From Eledone cirrhosa (taxonomy: Eukaryota): a DNA stretch of 64,000 nt. Of this stretch, positions 52,323-64,000 are shown one piece after another. Below the pieces are notes generated by a model. It ran no database searches and had not been told where the DNA came from. It saw nothing but the letters and a program-made list of their open reading frames with translations. The position numbers and the translations under genes are program-made. The stretch covers positions 14,570,001 through 14,634,000 of the forward strand of contig OZ024748.1 in assembly GCA_964016885.1 (NCBI GenBank), in the 5' to 3' direction. Positions within the stretch are counted from its first letter, which is position 1; each line of letters opens with the position of its first letter.

Positions 52323-53364
52323 TTAAAATGTCATAATTGTCATTCATAGTATAGTTCCTTGTTTTACAACTCAATTACATAATGATTTTCACCAAATTTC
52401 CAAACGTTCTGCCATATTCATTTAAAACATATCAAAATCAATAGGAAATACGAATTTTATGTAAAAACTGACATAAAGGGAAACTGGTGTAATATTCATC
52501 TCCAAAGTGAAAATATTTTAGCACCTCATTTACATAGAATTTTGAACCCCCCCAGAAACCTACTATGAAATGTGCCTTTATATGAGGCCAGCTAAACCTG
52601 TATAGGTATGAGCTGTAACAACATGATATGACTGGTGCACCTGTCATTAAAGCACCCATGAAACCTGCTATGTAATGCACCCTTGTATGAGGCCAGCAAA
52701 ACCTGTATATGTATGAGCGGTAACAATATGTTAGAACTGAGCCATCTGTCATTAAAGCACCCAAGAACCTGTATAGGTATGAACTGTACATTTCATTCGA
52801 TTTTTCTTTTTGTATTATCATGCAGATCTGGAGATATTATAGTTCCATGAGATTCAAAGTAAACATGTTGGTATGGAAGTATATTAAGAGATACTGCAGT
52901 TAGATAACCAGAAAAATATAACATGTTCAGATTGAAGTTTTTTTTTTTTTACTTTTGTTAACATAAGTAAGACATTCTTGAGAATTAATCAAACAGCAAA
53001 ATGACTGTATCACATTGACAAGTAAAGTTTTTAATGAAGTAGTGCAATGTTTCACAGTGATCTGTTCACTAATAAAGAGACTATAAACATCTGAATTAAC
53101 AAAAACGTTTTTTTTTTTTAGATATTTACTACTAAATCATTACAACCTATTAAGAGTTAAAAGCTCTGTTAGATGGTACTACAACAACAACAACAAGACC
53201 AGCATTTTGTAATTTCATTTAATTGAAATTTCAACTGAATTAATTGACTAAATCCTTTTCATTGCCATCTAATCATAAATGACAGACAATAAATAGCAAT
53301 GAGACATCTACTAGAGAGTAATGTACTTTTACAGGAACATGTCGACATTGAAGCTATATAGAAT

Positions 53365-53730
53365 GGGTTGGTGTGTAGGAGTATTGGTGTGTGTGTGTGT
53401 ATGTGTGTTGGTGTGTGTGTGTGTTGATGTGTGTGTGTTGATGTGTGTGTGTTGATGTGTGTAAGTGTGTTGGTGTGTGCGTGTGTTGGTGCGTATCTCG
53501 GTGTTGGTGCGTATGTTGGTGTTGGTGCGTATGTTGGTGTTGGTGCGTAGTTGGTGTTGGTGCGTGTGTTGGTGTTGATGCGTGTGTTGGTGTTGGTGCA
53601 TGTGTTGGTGTTGGTGCATGTGTTTGTGTGTGTGTCGGTGTTGGTGCGTGTGTCGATGTTGGTGCATATGTTGGTGTTGGTGCGTGTGTCAGTGTTGGTG
53701 CCGTGTGTTGGTGTTGGTGTGTGTTTGTGT
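53365..53730. repeat. GT-rich 18-bp minisatellite (tgttggtgttggtgcgtg)
   Basis: Direct periodicity. Confidence 0.8.
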
Positions 53731-53999
53731 GAAACAGACTCTACTGATTAAATCAGGGTGTGTGTGTGGTGTGTGTGATGTGTTTGTGTGAAACAGATTC
53801 TACTGATTCAAATCAGGGTGTGTGTGTGTGGTGTGTGTGATGTGTGTGTGATATAATCTTTACTTATTCAATTTAGATTTTGTGTGGTGTATGCGATAAT
53901 ATTTCTAATGATACAGTTTTGTATGTGTGTATAAGTCTGTATGTGTGTATATGTGTGTGTGAAATGTAGGGTTTGATTACTGGACTGGGTTGTGTGTTG

Positions 54000-54200
54000 T
54001 GTTCTTAAGCAAAACACTTTATTTCATATTTCTCCAGTATACTCAGCCGAAAATGGGTACCTACAAGAGCTGAGGGGTTTAATACTGTGATGGACTGACA
54101 TCCTGCCCAAAGGGAGTTTTTTACCCTCAGACCCTTCACACCATGGAAACTGGGATATAAATTGGCCTGATGAGCCTCTGGGCTTGAGAGAGACGTTAGA
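54000..54200 (+). mobile_element. CORE-SINE of a second family; related copy at 15085-15240 (-)
   Basis: CORE remnant, aaatgggtacc...ctgtgatggactgacatcctgccc...gaaactggga...ggcctgatgagcc tail. Confidence 0.65.
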
Positions 54201-54213
54201 TACACCCACACAA

Positions 54214-54283
54214 CTAGATCCGAGTTCTCAGTTTGGATCTAGCTGTTGAAACGGCCAAAGCTCAGCCATCGGGGTCCTGAATC
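54214..54283 (+). mobile_element. Fragment of hairpin family B
   Basis: ctagatcc...ggatctag hairpin, then gaaacggccaaagctcagccatcggggtcctgaatc, then (TA)n. Confidence 0.7.
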
Positions 54284-54362
54284 TATATATATATAGATAA
54301 GTTATTCCCTAATGATTTCTCACGAATGAAACAGTTCTAGTCCTGTAGAAGCTCTTCTATAT

Positions 54363-54393
<31 letters not shown>

Positions 54394-56413
54394 GCGTGTG
54401 TGTGTGTGTGTGCGTGTGCGTGTGTGTGTGTGTGTGAGTCTGTGTGAGTCTGTGTGTGTATTGAAGAATGAAAAGAAAAGGCAAAGATAGATTCATAATT
54501 AGTTCATTGTTTTACAATCATTTCAGAGGGTTGATTGATCATGATAAATCAATATAGTGACTAATAGATAGTGGTTATACCACAAATAAGACTGTATAGA
54601 GTTCTAAAAATGATATAAGCCCTACCATAAACAGGTGGATACCAGTCTAATAATTTAAATATATTTATTGCCATTATTGATGGTATGGTTACACTAATCA
54701 CAGAAAATGTAATATAAGAAAATATCTAAAACATTCCAGTACATATTTTAGCAAATATAACTTCCTGTTACACTGGATATAGAACAAGCTAAAATAACAT
54801 GTCGGTTTCAAGAAAAAGTCTTTAACAAAAATCTACATTGGTTACTACAGTTAACAATGAATGAATCCTTTTTTCTTTCTTTCTGTCTTTCTTTCTTTCT
54901 TCTATTCCGTTTATATGATACAATGTAAGGTAATTTAGTAAATCAGGAATTTCAGCATAGTCTCAGATCTCCCTCTCTCTCACCCTCATTCTCCTGTCTA
55001 TGCAGGAATGTCCAACAAATTTCTTCTGTTGGTATTTTCTAAACGAATGTCTATCACTGCATTGCTTTACAGTAATTCTTGAAACAAGCTTTTAACGTAT
55101 TATTTTGACAACATGTAAATAGTTGATACCTTAACTGCCTCCTTTTAACATGCCAAACTTACCGTTCTTCTGAGTTATTTTGACATATTCTCATGTCAAA
55201 CTAATAGACCCATAAAGAGATCTTACAATGAAAAGTTCAGAATATTTCTTCTACCATTGTTGTAAAGTTAGTTGTTCCTCTGTGACTATTAATTCTAGGT
55301 CTTTCTTTTTCCATTGGGGTGAAAATATGATCTGTTTGATGGTTTAACACTTTTGTTACTGCATTTCTAATGAAAGACACTGCCTTATATTTTTAAATAA
55401 TTTAGAAATTAATCAAGAATTTGGAGGGATTTTGTAATATAACTATTTCATTATTAAACTGCTATTTGAGACATAACTTAACAAAGTGTACTTGCACAAA
55501 ATTATAATGGGAGGTTTTCAGATAAATATAAACTGTCTAACCCATGCTAGCATAGTAAAAAGGACATTAAATGGTGATGATGATAAATACTTTAACCTAT
55601 TTGTTACTTTATTGCTAATGAAAAGCACTGCCCATAATATATAGATAATTTTGAAAATAATCAAGAATTTGGAGGGATTTAGTAATATGACTAATTTTCT
55701 ATTTAAGCTGGTTTTTGGAACTTAAGAAAGATTCTTACATAAAATTATGGTGAAGATTTAAATAAAATATCTAAATCTCTATGAACAGTTCTCAGATTAT
55801 GCACTTTGATACAAAACTACTTATTTTAAAATATTTCTATTTATCTAAGAACCTTGAGAAATAATGGTTTCTGATTTTGGAGGAGAGGAAAGTTGATTAA
55901 ATCAACCCAGTGAATTACTGGTACTATATTTTATCGACCCTGTAAGGATGTAAGGCAAAGCTAACCTCAGGGCGATTTGAACTCAGAACATAAAGGCTAC
56001 TAAGCATCTTGTCTGACGCACTACCAATTCTGCCAGGCTACCGCCACAAATAATTTTATGTAATAAACTTTGGTAAGTTATGTTACAAATACCGGCTTAA
56101 CAATGAGAAAGTTATATTTCTAAAATTCTTCTAAATTATTGAAATGCTTTTGAAAATTTTTGGAAATATGGTAATGAAAGTGTTAAAAATCACAATTTAT
56201 CCAACAGAGAAATACAGTAAAGGGAAACAGAGAAATTTCTGGTGATCATCAATATTCACCTATCATTAATTAACAATTTGGTAATTCTATTTGCAACTGT
56301 TAATTGGAAATTTGGAAAGATTAGCTGACATATATGTATAGATATATATCACCGTCATCAGGCAGCTGTCACATGCTGAGACCAAACTATATATATATAT
56401 ATAGAGAGAGAGA

Positions 56414-56613
56414 NNNNNNNNNNNNNNNNNNNNNNNNNNNNNNNNNNNNNNNNNNNNNNNNNNNNNNNNNNNNNNNNNNNNNNNNNNNNNNNNNNNNNNN
56501 NNNNNNNNNNNNNNNNNNNNNNNNNNNNNNNNNNNNNNNNNNNNNNNNNNNNNNNNNNNNNNNNNNNNNNNNNNNNNNNNNNNNNNNNNNNNNNNNNNNN
56601 NNNNNNNNNNNNN
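56414..56613. other. Assembly gap (200 N)
   Basis: Run of exactly 200 N between microsatellites; the fixed length suggests a scaffolding placeholder. Confidence 0.99.
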
Positions 56614-56649
56614 TATATATATATGTATGCACACACATACACTATATAT

Positions 56650-57290
56650 ATCATAATCATCATCATTTAACGTCCATCTTCCACGCTAGCATGGGTTAGA
56701 CGGGAGTTGTCCCACTTGAGGCAAGGTTGGTCGGGTGACCGTGTCTCGCTCATATAGGACTACCTAGCAGGTTTTCTACGAATGGATGCCCTTCCTAACA
56801 CCAACCACATTTACAGTGTGGAACTGGAACTTTTACAGTGTTACCTACACGACACATTACAGCGTGGACTGTGTGTTTTTTTCTCTTGACACCTACACAA
56901 TCTCGATCTCATTATCTCATTCATTGGACTGGATGTTGTGGTACCAACTTTACAAGAGAGAGTGGTGTTGGTAAGAGTAGGAGGATAGGGTAGGGGTAGT
57001 GGATTGGGGTGTATATTTGGTGAAGAGGTGCCTACTGTTTGTAGGTTTCGCTTTGTACGTAGGCAAGATGGGTCTTCTGTATTACTATGTAGCGCCAAAG
57101 ATCTCGGTCCAGTCACATTGTCTTAGAGCGGTGCAAGTGTGTAAGGTCGGAATTTATCAGATCATCCCAGGTTTTTCTGGATCTACCTACTCTGTAACTA
57201 CCATCAATTTTGATCGCCCTGCACTTTTTTATGCAGCTGTCGTCTTTCATGCGCATTACGTGACCATACGAACGTAGTCTTCTTTCATTT
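56650..57290 (-). mobile_element. RTE 3' coding end fused to a SINE-like module and RTE tail
   Basis: RRLRSYGHVMRMKDDSCIKKC...RKTWDD...DRDLWR, then a spacer, the ggaagggcatcc motif and a (gat)n tail; colinear with 46771-47258. Confidence 0.75.
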
Positions 57291-57499
57291 ATATATATAT
57301 ATAGTAATATATACATATATATATATAGTAATATATACATTACATTATGTATATATTACCAGTATTACCACCCCCATTAATTTCTCAATTTGTATGTGTG
57401 GATGTGTGTGTGTGTGGATGTGGGGGCGGGGGTGAGTGTATGTGCAAGTCAACCAACATAAGTCTTTTTATATGTAAATTTTATAGTATTCTACTCTAA

Positions 57500-57950
57500 C
57501 CATCATTTTCAGTAGCACCACTCCACATAAATTCTTCAATTCAAGAATGACCTGTAGTATCGAATTTCATACTATAAACCCCAATTGAATATATATCTGA
57601 CCAGGAATGCTTTTTGTGAAAATCAGACATATGGAACTATTGTCATCTTGCCTGATGGTTTGAACTTTACAACACCACCTGCCTCTTTGAGGTCAAATAC
57701 CAACCCTACTAGCATCTACAAACTGACCAATGAGAATTAAGACTATTCCAGCTGACAACATTAAATTATTCCTAACAAGCTCATATGTCCCAAGGCTCTG
57801 ATACCATCAACACCATAAACACAGAGCTGGCATATCTAAGAACTGACCAACTGCCTGATGAGGTCATAGCCATTCAATGGCTATCATCAAAATATATATA
57901 GCAGTAAATAAAGGATTATGAGTTCATGCAATTGACTTATGTTTCGTCAA
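57500..57950 (+). mobile_element. Degraded Penelope-like (Neptune-type) 3' end with minimal hammerhead motif
   Basis: Remnant PIEYI and LPDGLN peptides typical of a GIY-YIG C-terminus; hammerhead-like motif at 57850-57905; ends in (TA)n. Confidence 0.55.
57850..57905 (+). ncRNA. Minimal type-I hammerhead-like ribozyme, probably inactivated (GAAA to AAAA)
   Basis: actgc-CTGATGA-ggtcatagccat(tca)atggctatcatc-AAAA-tatata-TA-gcagt: perfect 5-bp stem I, long stem II, palindromic stem III. Confidence 0.6.
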
Positions 57951-57961
57951 TATATATATAT

Positions 57962-57996
<35 letters not shown>

Positions 57997-59018
57997 TATT
58001 TTACATACTTACATACAGGCTTCTAGAAATCTCCAAATTCTTGATTATTTTCAATTTGAAAAACACAGACAACTTCTCTCATAAGAAGCATGGAAACAAC
58101 AAAGCTAATACTATAACATTTTTAGTGAGCTGCTACAGTAAATTAACTCTTTTAAGTACATTGGATGTGCAGTATAATTGATTGTGTAAACATACAGACC
58201 TACATTCCACAGATTATGGTGACTTTAAGTAATCAATAGGTTGCAGAGAAATAGAATTAGCTCTGGGGAAGGAGCCAATTATACTAAATTGCTAAAAGCT
58301 TGAAGTAGAAGAGAAAAATATTATCTTTGTTAACAAGATAGATAGGGTTTTTCTCTTGAGGTACTGGGAAAATTCTTTATATATATTTATTTTCAAAATC
58401 AACCAATCAGTAATGAGCTAACCGATATATATAGGAATTTTGATTAATTAAATATTCACTAAGTTATAAAGTACAAATAAACACACACACACACACACTC
58501 ATACAAATTCACAAACACACATGCACACACAGCACAAAAACACAGACACACATACCCCTATACACACACATAAACGCATGCACACAAAGCACAAACACAC
58601 AGAGCACAAAATCACACACACACAAAGAACAAAAACACACACACAGATAAAGCATAAAATTCACACACAAACACAAACTCACAAACACACACACATAAAG
58701 CACAAAAAAAAACACAAATAAACACAAAGCACAAAACACACATACACACGCAGACAAAGCACAAAAGCACAGAAACACACAGAGACAAAGAACAAAAGCA
58801 CACAGACAAATAATACAAACACATACATTCGCACAAACTCAATCACACACACACACAAGCACACATATATGATTGTTAATTTTCATCATAATTTTATTAC
58901 ATTGACATGTCCATGCTGGAATAGTTTGAACAGGACTTTTGGGGGCAATGTTTTACAACCAGATGCACTTCCTGATACTAAACCTTTTAACTGCTTCTTC
59001 CAACATGTTGGTATATAG

Positions 59019-59634
59019 CCAAGGTTCTCAAAGTGGGCACTACTGCCACGTGGTGGGTGGGTAGGCATTAACAAGGTCCAGGGAGTCCTGGGGTCTAAGG
59101 AGGCAGTGGGGTGCTGATGGTGGTGGTATAGATGATATAATAGTATTTTTTTAATTTTTTTTTTTTTTAGGAACGATCGACTTTCGTCAAATCGGACCGA
59201 GGAAACAATGTTTCCGTTGGTCTTTCCAGTTGCTAATACTATCTATCGGTCGCAACTCCAGGTAGAAGGAGCAACGTGAAATAAAGTGCCTTGCTCAAGG
59301 ACATAACGCATCGCCCGGTCCAGGAATCAAACTCACAACCTCAAGATTGTGAATCCAATTCTCTAACCACTCAGCCACACACCTTCACAAATAGTATATT
59401 GAATATCAAATGATACATATTATATATAAATATAGTAAAATATAAAATATATAATATTTATTTGTACATAGTATATATTATATTATTTATAAATTAACAA
59501 TTTCTTCTATTATATATTATTTACAATTTGCATGTAGGCACTCTCTCTGGAAATAGGGTTGCGGGGGGGGGGACACTGAGGGTATTACATGTCCATGAGA
59601 GGAGGCAGTGGACCAAAAAGTTTGAAAACCTCTG
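59019..59634. mobile_element. hAT-type MITE with 8-bp TSD, containing a CORE-SINE (59145-59385, minus)
   Basis: Imperfect TIRs ccaaggttctcaaa / tttgaaaacctctg; gtatatag duplicated at 59011-59018 and 59635-59642. Confidence 0.75.
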
Positions 59635-59824
59635 GTATATAGTGTATCTATTCTTGCTCTCTACATTCTTAGTTTAATTACCACTGGGGTCAACTTTGTC
59701 TTTCATCATATTGATGGTTGATAAAGTAAAGTACCAGTGAAGTATTATGGTTGATATAGTCGACCTCCTCCTCATCCTAAACTGATCTAATGCATATATT
59801 ATCATCTAATATCATTATTATTAT

Positions 59825-61159
59825 GGTGGTGGATTTGCAGCATGTGTATATGATCGCAAAACATGCTTTATGCATAGTCCCTTTACATTCTGAGTTTAAA
59901 TCCCGCCGAGGTTAACTTTGCCTTTCATCCTTACAGGGTCGATAAAATAAAGTACCAGTAATGCACTGGGTAATTGCTGGCCTTGTGCCTAAAATAGAAA
60001 CAATTATTTATTTTGAGAACCATACTTTAACATAAGTTGTCCGTGACCAGTTACAGCCGCTTTGAACAGAAAGAGGTGAGAGAATTCTGGCCAGATATGG
60101 CCAGGTTAAATGCTAAAGGGTTAAGCAACAGTTCCCTCTCCACAAAATTGCTGGCTTTGTGCCTAAATCAGAAACCATTATTATCATTGTTGTGGATTGG
60201 CGGTGGATTGGCAGTATTGGGAGAGGGTCGGACACCATGCTTTGACGTATAGAGTTACGGCCCTTGCCATTCTGAGTTCAAATCCCGCCGAGGTTAACTT
60301 TGCCTTTCATCCTTGCGGGGTCGATAAAATAAAGTACCAGTAATGCACTGGGTATTTGCTGGCCTTGTACCTAACGTAGAAACCATTATTATCATTGTTG
60401 TTGTTTTATTTCCATAATTATTAAGTTTCACCAAAATATGATAATCACATAATATCTTAAGACTAAATTAATGCTAGATTGATGTTTATTAAGTCAAGCT
60501 TAGTTACAGAACCAAATTATACAGTGACTGCAGGATCATTAGAATTTCTATTGGCAGTGTTTTGGCAGTATTGGTAATGTCAGACAACATGCTTTGCAGT
60601 ATATATTTATGTCCCTTTACATTCTGAGTTCAAATCCTGTCAAGGTTAGCTTTGCCTTTCATCCTTACGGGATCTATAAAGTACCAGTAATGCACTGGGG
60701 TCGATTTAGTCGACATCCCCCTTCCCTTCAAGCTGAAAATTATTGTTTTTACTTTTGGCACAAGACCAGTCATTTGAAGGAAAGAGGAAAGTCGATTAAA
60801 TTGATCCCAGTCCATTACTGGTACTTTATTCTATCAACCCTATAAGGATGAAAACATAGCTAACCTCAGCAGGATTTGAACTCAGAACATAAAATGATGT
60901 AACTATGCCATGAAGCAAGTTGTCCAACACTCTATCCATAATGCCAATCCACTCCCCTAATAATAATAATAATTGTTTCTACTTATTGGCACAAGGCCAG
61001 CAATTACTCAGTGCATTACTGGTACTTTATTTTATCGACCCCGTAAGGATGAAAGGCAAATTTAACCTCGGCGGGATTTGAACTCAGTCCGTAAAGGGAC
61101 GTAACTGTGCTGCAAAACATGGCGTCCGACCCTCTACCGATACTGCCAATCCACTGCCC
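59825..61159. mobile_element. Cluster of five Meta-domain SINEs (three +, two -)
   Basis: Same consensus as 26361-27000; convergent arrangement. Confidence 0.85.
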
Positions 61160-61772
61160 TAATAATAATAATGATAGTAATAATTACAAATTATAATAAA
61201 GCAAGTTGGCACCAATTCAATAATGCGTAGATTTGAAAAAACAGCTAAGTGAGAGAGATTATGTGTCTTTGTGGAGATAGGTTTAAGTGGCAAATAAATA
61301 ATTCCTACTTCATCTATTTTCTTGCATTTCCAGTATTTTAGATATGTGAGATAAATTAATTAAAGAAATGTGTGGCTACAGGCTATAAGCACTTTTTTAA
61401 ATTTGCTGTGTGGTTCACTTAGAAATCATGGGGCCTCAGGTTCACTCCCACTGCTGCATGACACCTCAAGCAAATCTTTTCTATTATAGCTTCTACTTGA
61501 CCAATCAATATCTTGTGCATTAAAGTTGGTAGACAGAAACTATGTGGAAAGCATCAGCATCATATATATATATATATATATGTGTGTGTGTCTATAAAAC
61601 AACATACACATACTTGTTGTTTTTCTATATTCTTTTATTTTCTAATGTCTCAAGTATTGTACTCTCTTGGTGAAGGACTAATGTTTGATATGTCAAACTT
61701 TTTTCTCACTTTCATCCATATCGTGAAACAAGACATTTTGTACCTTTGTGTTTGTCATTTTTTATGTGTGTA

Positions 61773-62110
61773 TCATTCATCATCATCAGCATTTCATTTT
61801 ACATCCGCTTTTCCCTGCTTGCAAGGGTGGGACGGGAACTGATTCTGGCTTGATTTCTACAGCTGGATGCACTTCCTAACACCAACCTCATTTACAGTGA
61901 GTGCTGGGTGCTTTTTTTCCATGGCGCCTACATGTCCACTTTACAGTGGAATGATAGGGACCCCAGTCCCTATCATCTCATTTCTACAGCTGAGTAAACT
62001 GGAGCAATGTGAAATAAAGTGTCTTGCTCAAGGAAACAACACATCACCCGGTCTGAGAATTGAACTCACAACCTTTCGACTGCAAGGCCAATGCTCTAAC
62101 CACTAAGCCT
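61773..62110 (-). mobile_element. Full-length copy of the same CORE-SINE
   Basis: Reverse complement of 34605-34939. Confidence 0.85.
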
Positions 62111-62170
<60 letters not shown>

Positions 62171-63642
62171 ATGGAGGCAGTAAAAAGCAGTTAGACCAGT
62201 TAGACCATTACTCATCAATCTTCTATTATAGCCATTTTGGTCACTTTTAAAACTGGGCTGCCCATCCCAACTCTGGTTTGACCACAGCCAAATTCTTCAC
62301 AACGCCCCCAGCCCCACCCCCACCACCCCAAAAAGAAATAAAAACCATCAATTCTAGTACTAGACTGGTATTTTATATTATATTGACCTCCCAAAAGGAT
62401 GTAAAGCAAATTTGACCCTGGTGGAATTTAAACTCAGAGTGCATCACTGTTGGAACAAATACCGCAAAGTATTTCATCTGAAAGTCTAAACAATTTGCCA
62501 ATAATTCACTGCCTTTATATTTCCACAGACTTTTTTCAAAGCACCACAAAAGAATAATAAAAAAAACAGAACAAAAATTTGTTTGGAAAATATATTCTGA
62601 TTTTCATTTTTCAAAAACCCTGTTCAATAAATTTGACCAGAGTTGTTCTCACATATTACTTTTGCTCCACTTAATAATAAATATTTCCCACCCTACACTA
62701 TTACCATTATTATTATTATTACTATTATTATTACTATTATTATTACTATTATTATTACTATTATCATGCTAAATGAACACATCAAAATTTTTCTAATGTT
62801 ACCATGACAGCATTTATTACAAAGAAAAACCTGCTTTATTCTTCTTATTATTTTTATTGTTGTTATATTTTAATTCCCCCCTCTCTCTTTATCTCTTCCT
62901 CTCTCTCTCATGCACAGATTAATATTATATTTCATATATATATGAGTAGAATTGAATGAATGCATAAATATTATTGGCTATATTTTATTGTGAGACATAC
63001 CCTACGACTGACAACATATCAAAACTAGAGGCAGTTTATATGATGGAGACTTTATAATTAAATAAAAGGTTTTTACATCAATTACAGGCTGACTGGCTAG
63101 TACTAAATAGGTTTCTGGAATTGAACCTCCCACCTCTAGCTTTAGAATGTCCGTTTTGAAAAGAACTACAATGAACATTTTTGGAAAATTACTTTGAAGA
63201 ATAATAACACTCTGCAATAAAGTTGGAGACGCTCGTATATATATTTACATTCACACATACATATATATATATACACACACATACATATATATATATACAC
63301 ACACATACATATATATATATACACACACACATATATATATATATATATACACACACATACATATATATATATATACACACACATACATATATATATATAT
63401 ACACACACATACATATATATATATATATACACACACATATATATATATACACACACATATATATATACACACATACATATATATATATATACACACACAT
63501 ACATATATATATACACACACATACATATATATATACACACACATACATATATATATATATATACACACACATACATATATATATACACACACACACATAT
63601 ATATACACACACATACATATATATACACACACACATATATAT

Positions 63643-63695
<53 letters not shown>

Positions 63696-64000
63696 TATAT
63701 ACACACATACATATACACAAACATATATATAAGGATATATATATATATATATATATACAAACATATATGTATACACACATACATATTTACAAACATATAT
63801 GATGTATACACACATACATATATATAAACATATATATATATACACACATATCAATATACACATATATTCACACACACACATATATATATACATATACAAA
63901 CATATATATATAAACACATATGAATATACATATATATTCATACATATAGGTGATTTAATTTGCAGAGGAAGAGGGTGCATCAGGAGCAAAGTAACTAGTA

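Noticed and set aside
54165-54196. CTGATGA plus small hairpin in a SINE tail (also ~15085-15115)
   Set aside because: No GAAA box or stem I; better explained as a LINE-derived SINE tail stem-loop.
56322-56388. Minus-strand CTGATGA followed by a TA-rich stem
   Set aside because: No GAAA box follows and the site adjoins the assembly gap.

Overview
Very AT-rich eukaryotic genomic DNA dense in microsatellites and transposons. The SINE and LINE repertoire suggests an octopod cephalopod (inference). The only host coding sequence found is two minus-strand exons (40217-40892 and 3700-3957) of a THSD7A/B-like thrombospondin-repeat gene; they splice in frame across a ~36.3 kb intron. The first exon and the downstream exons were not found. 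The rest is intronic or intergenic repeat: a 5'-truncated Penelope-like element (RT thumb plus GIY-YIG) with a hammerhead-ribozyme-like terminal repeat, and several short (AT)n-embedded hairpin elements that share its inverted-repeat-plus-tail layout and carry half a hammerhead. There are also RTE, R4/Dong and CRE LINE fragments, Meta- and CORE-type SINEs, an internally deleted Helitron, piggyBac-like and hAT-like MITEs, minisatellites and a 200-N gap. The most interesting signal is the (AT)n-targeting Penelope/hammerhead fold-back system, including a triple-nested inverted repeat at 16162-19668. Family names come from motif recognition only; no searches were run.
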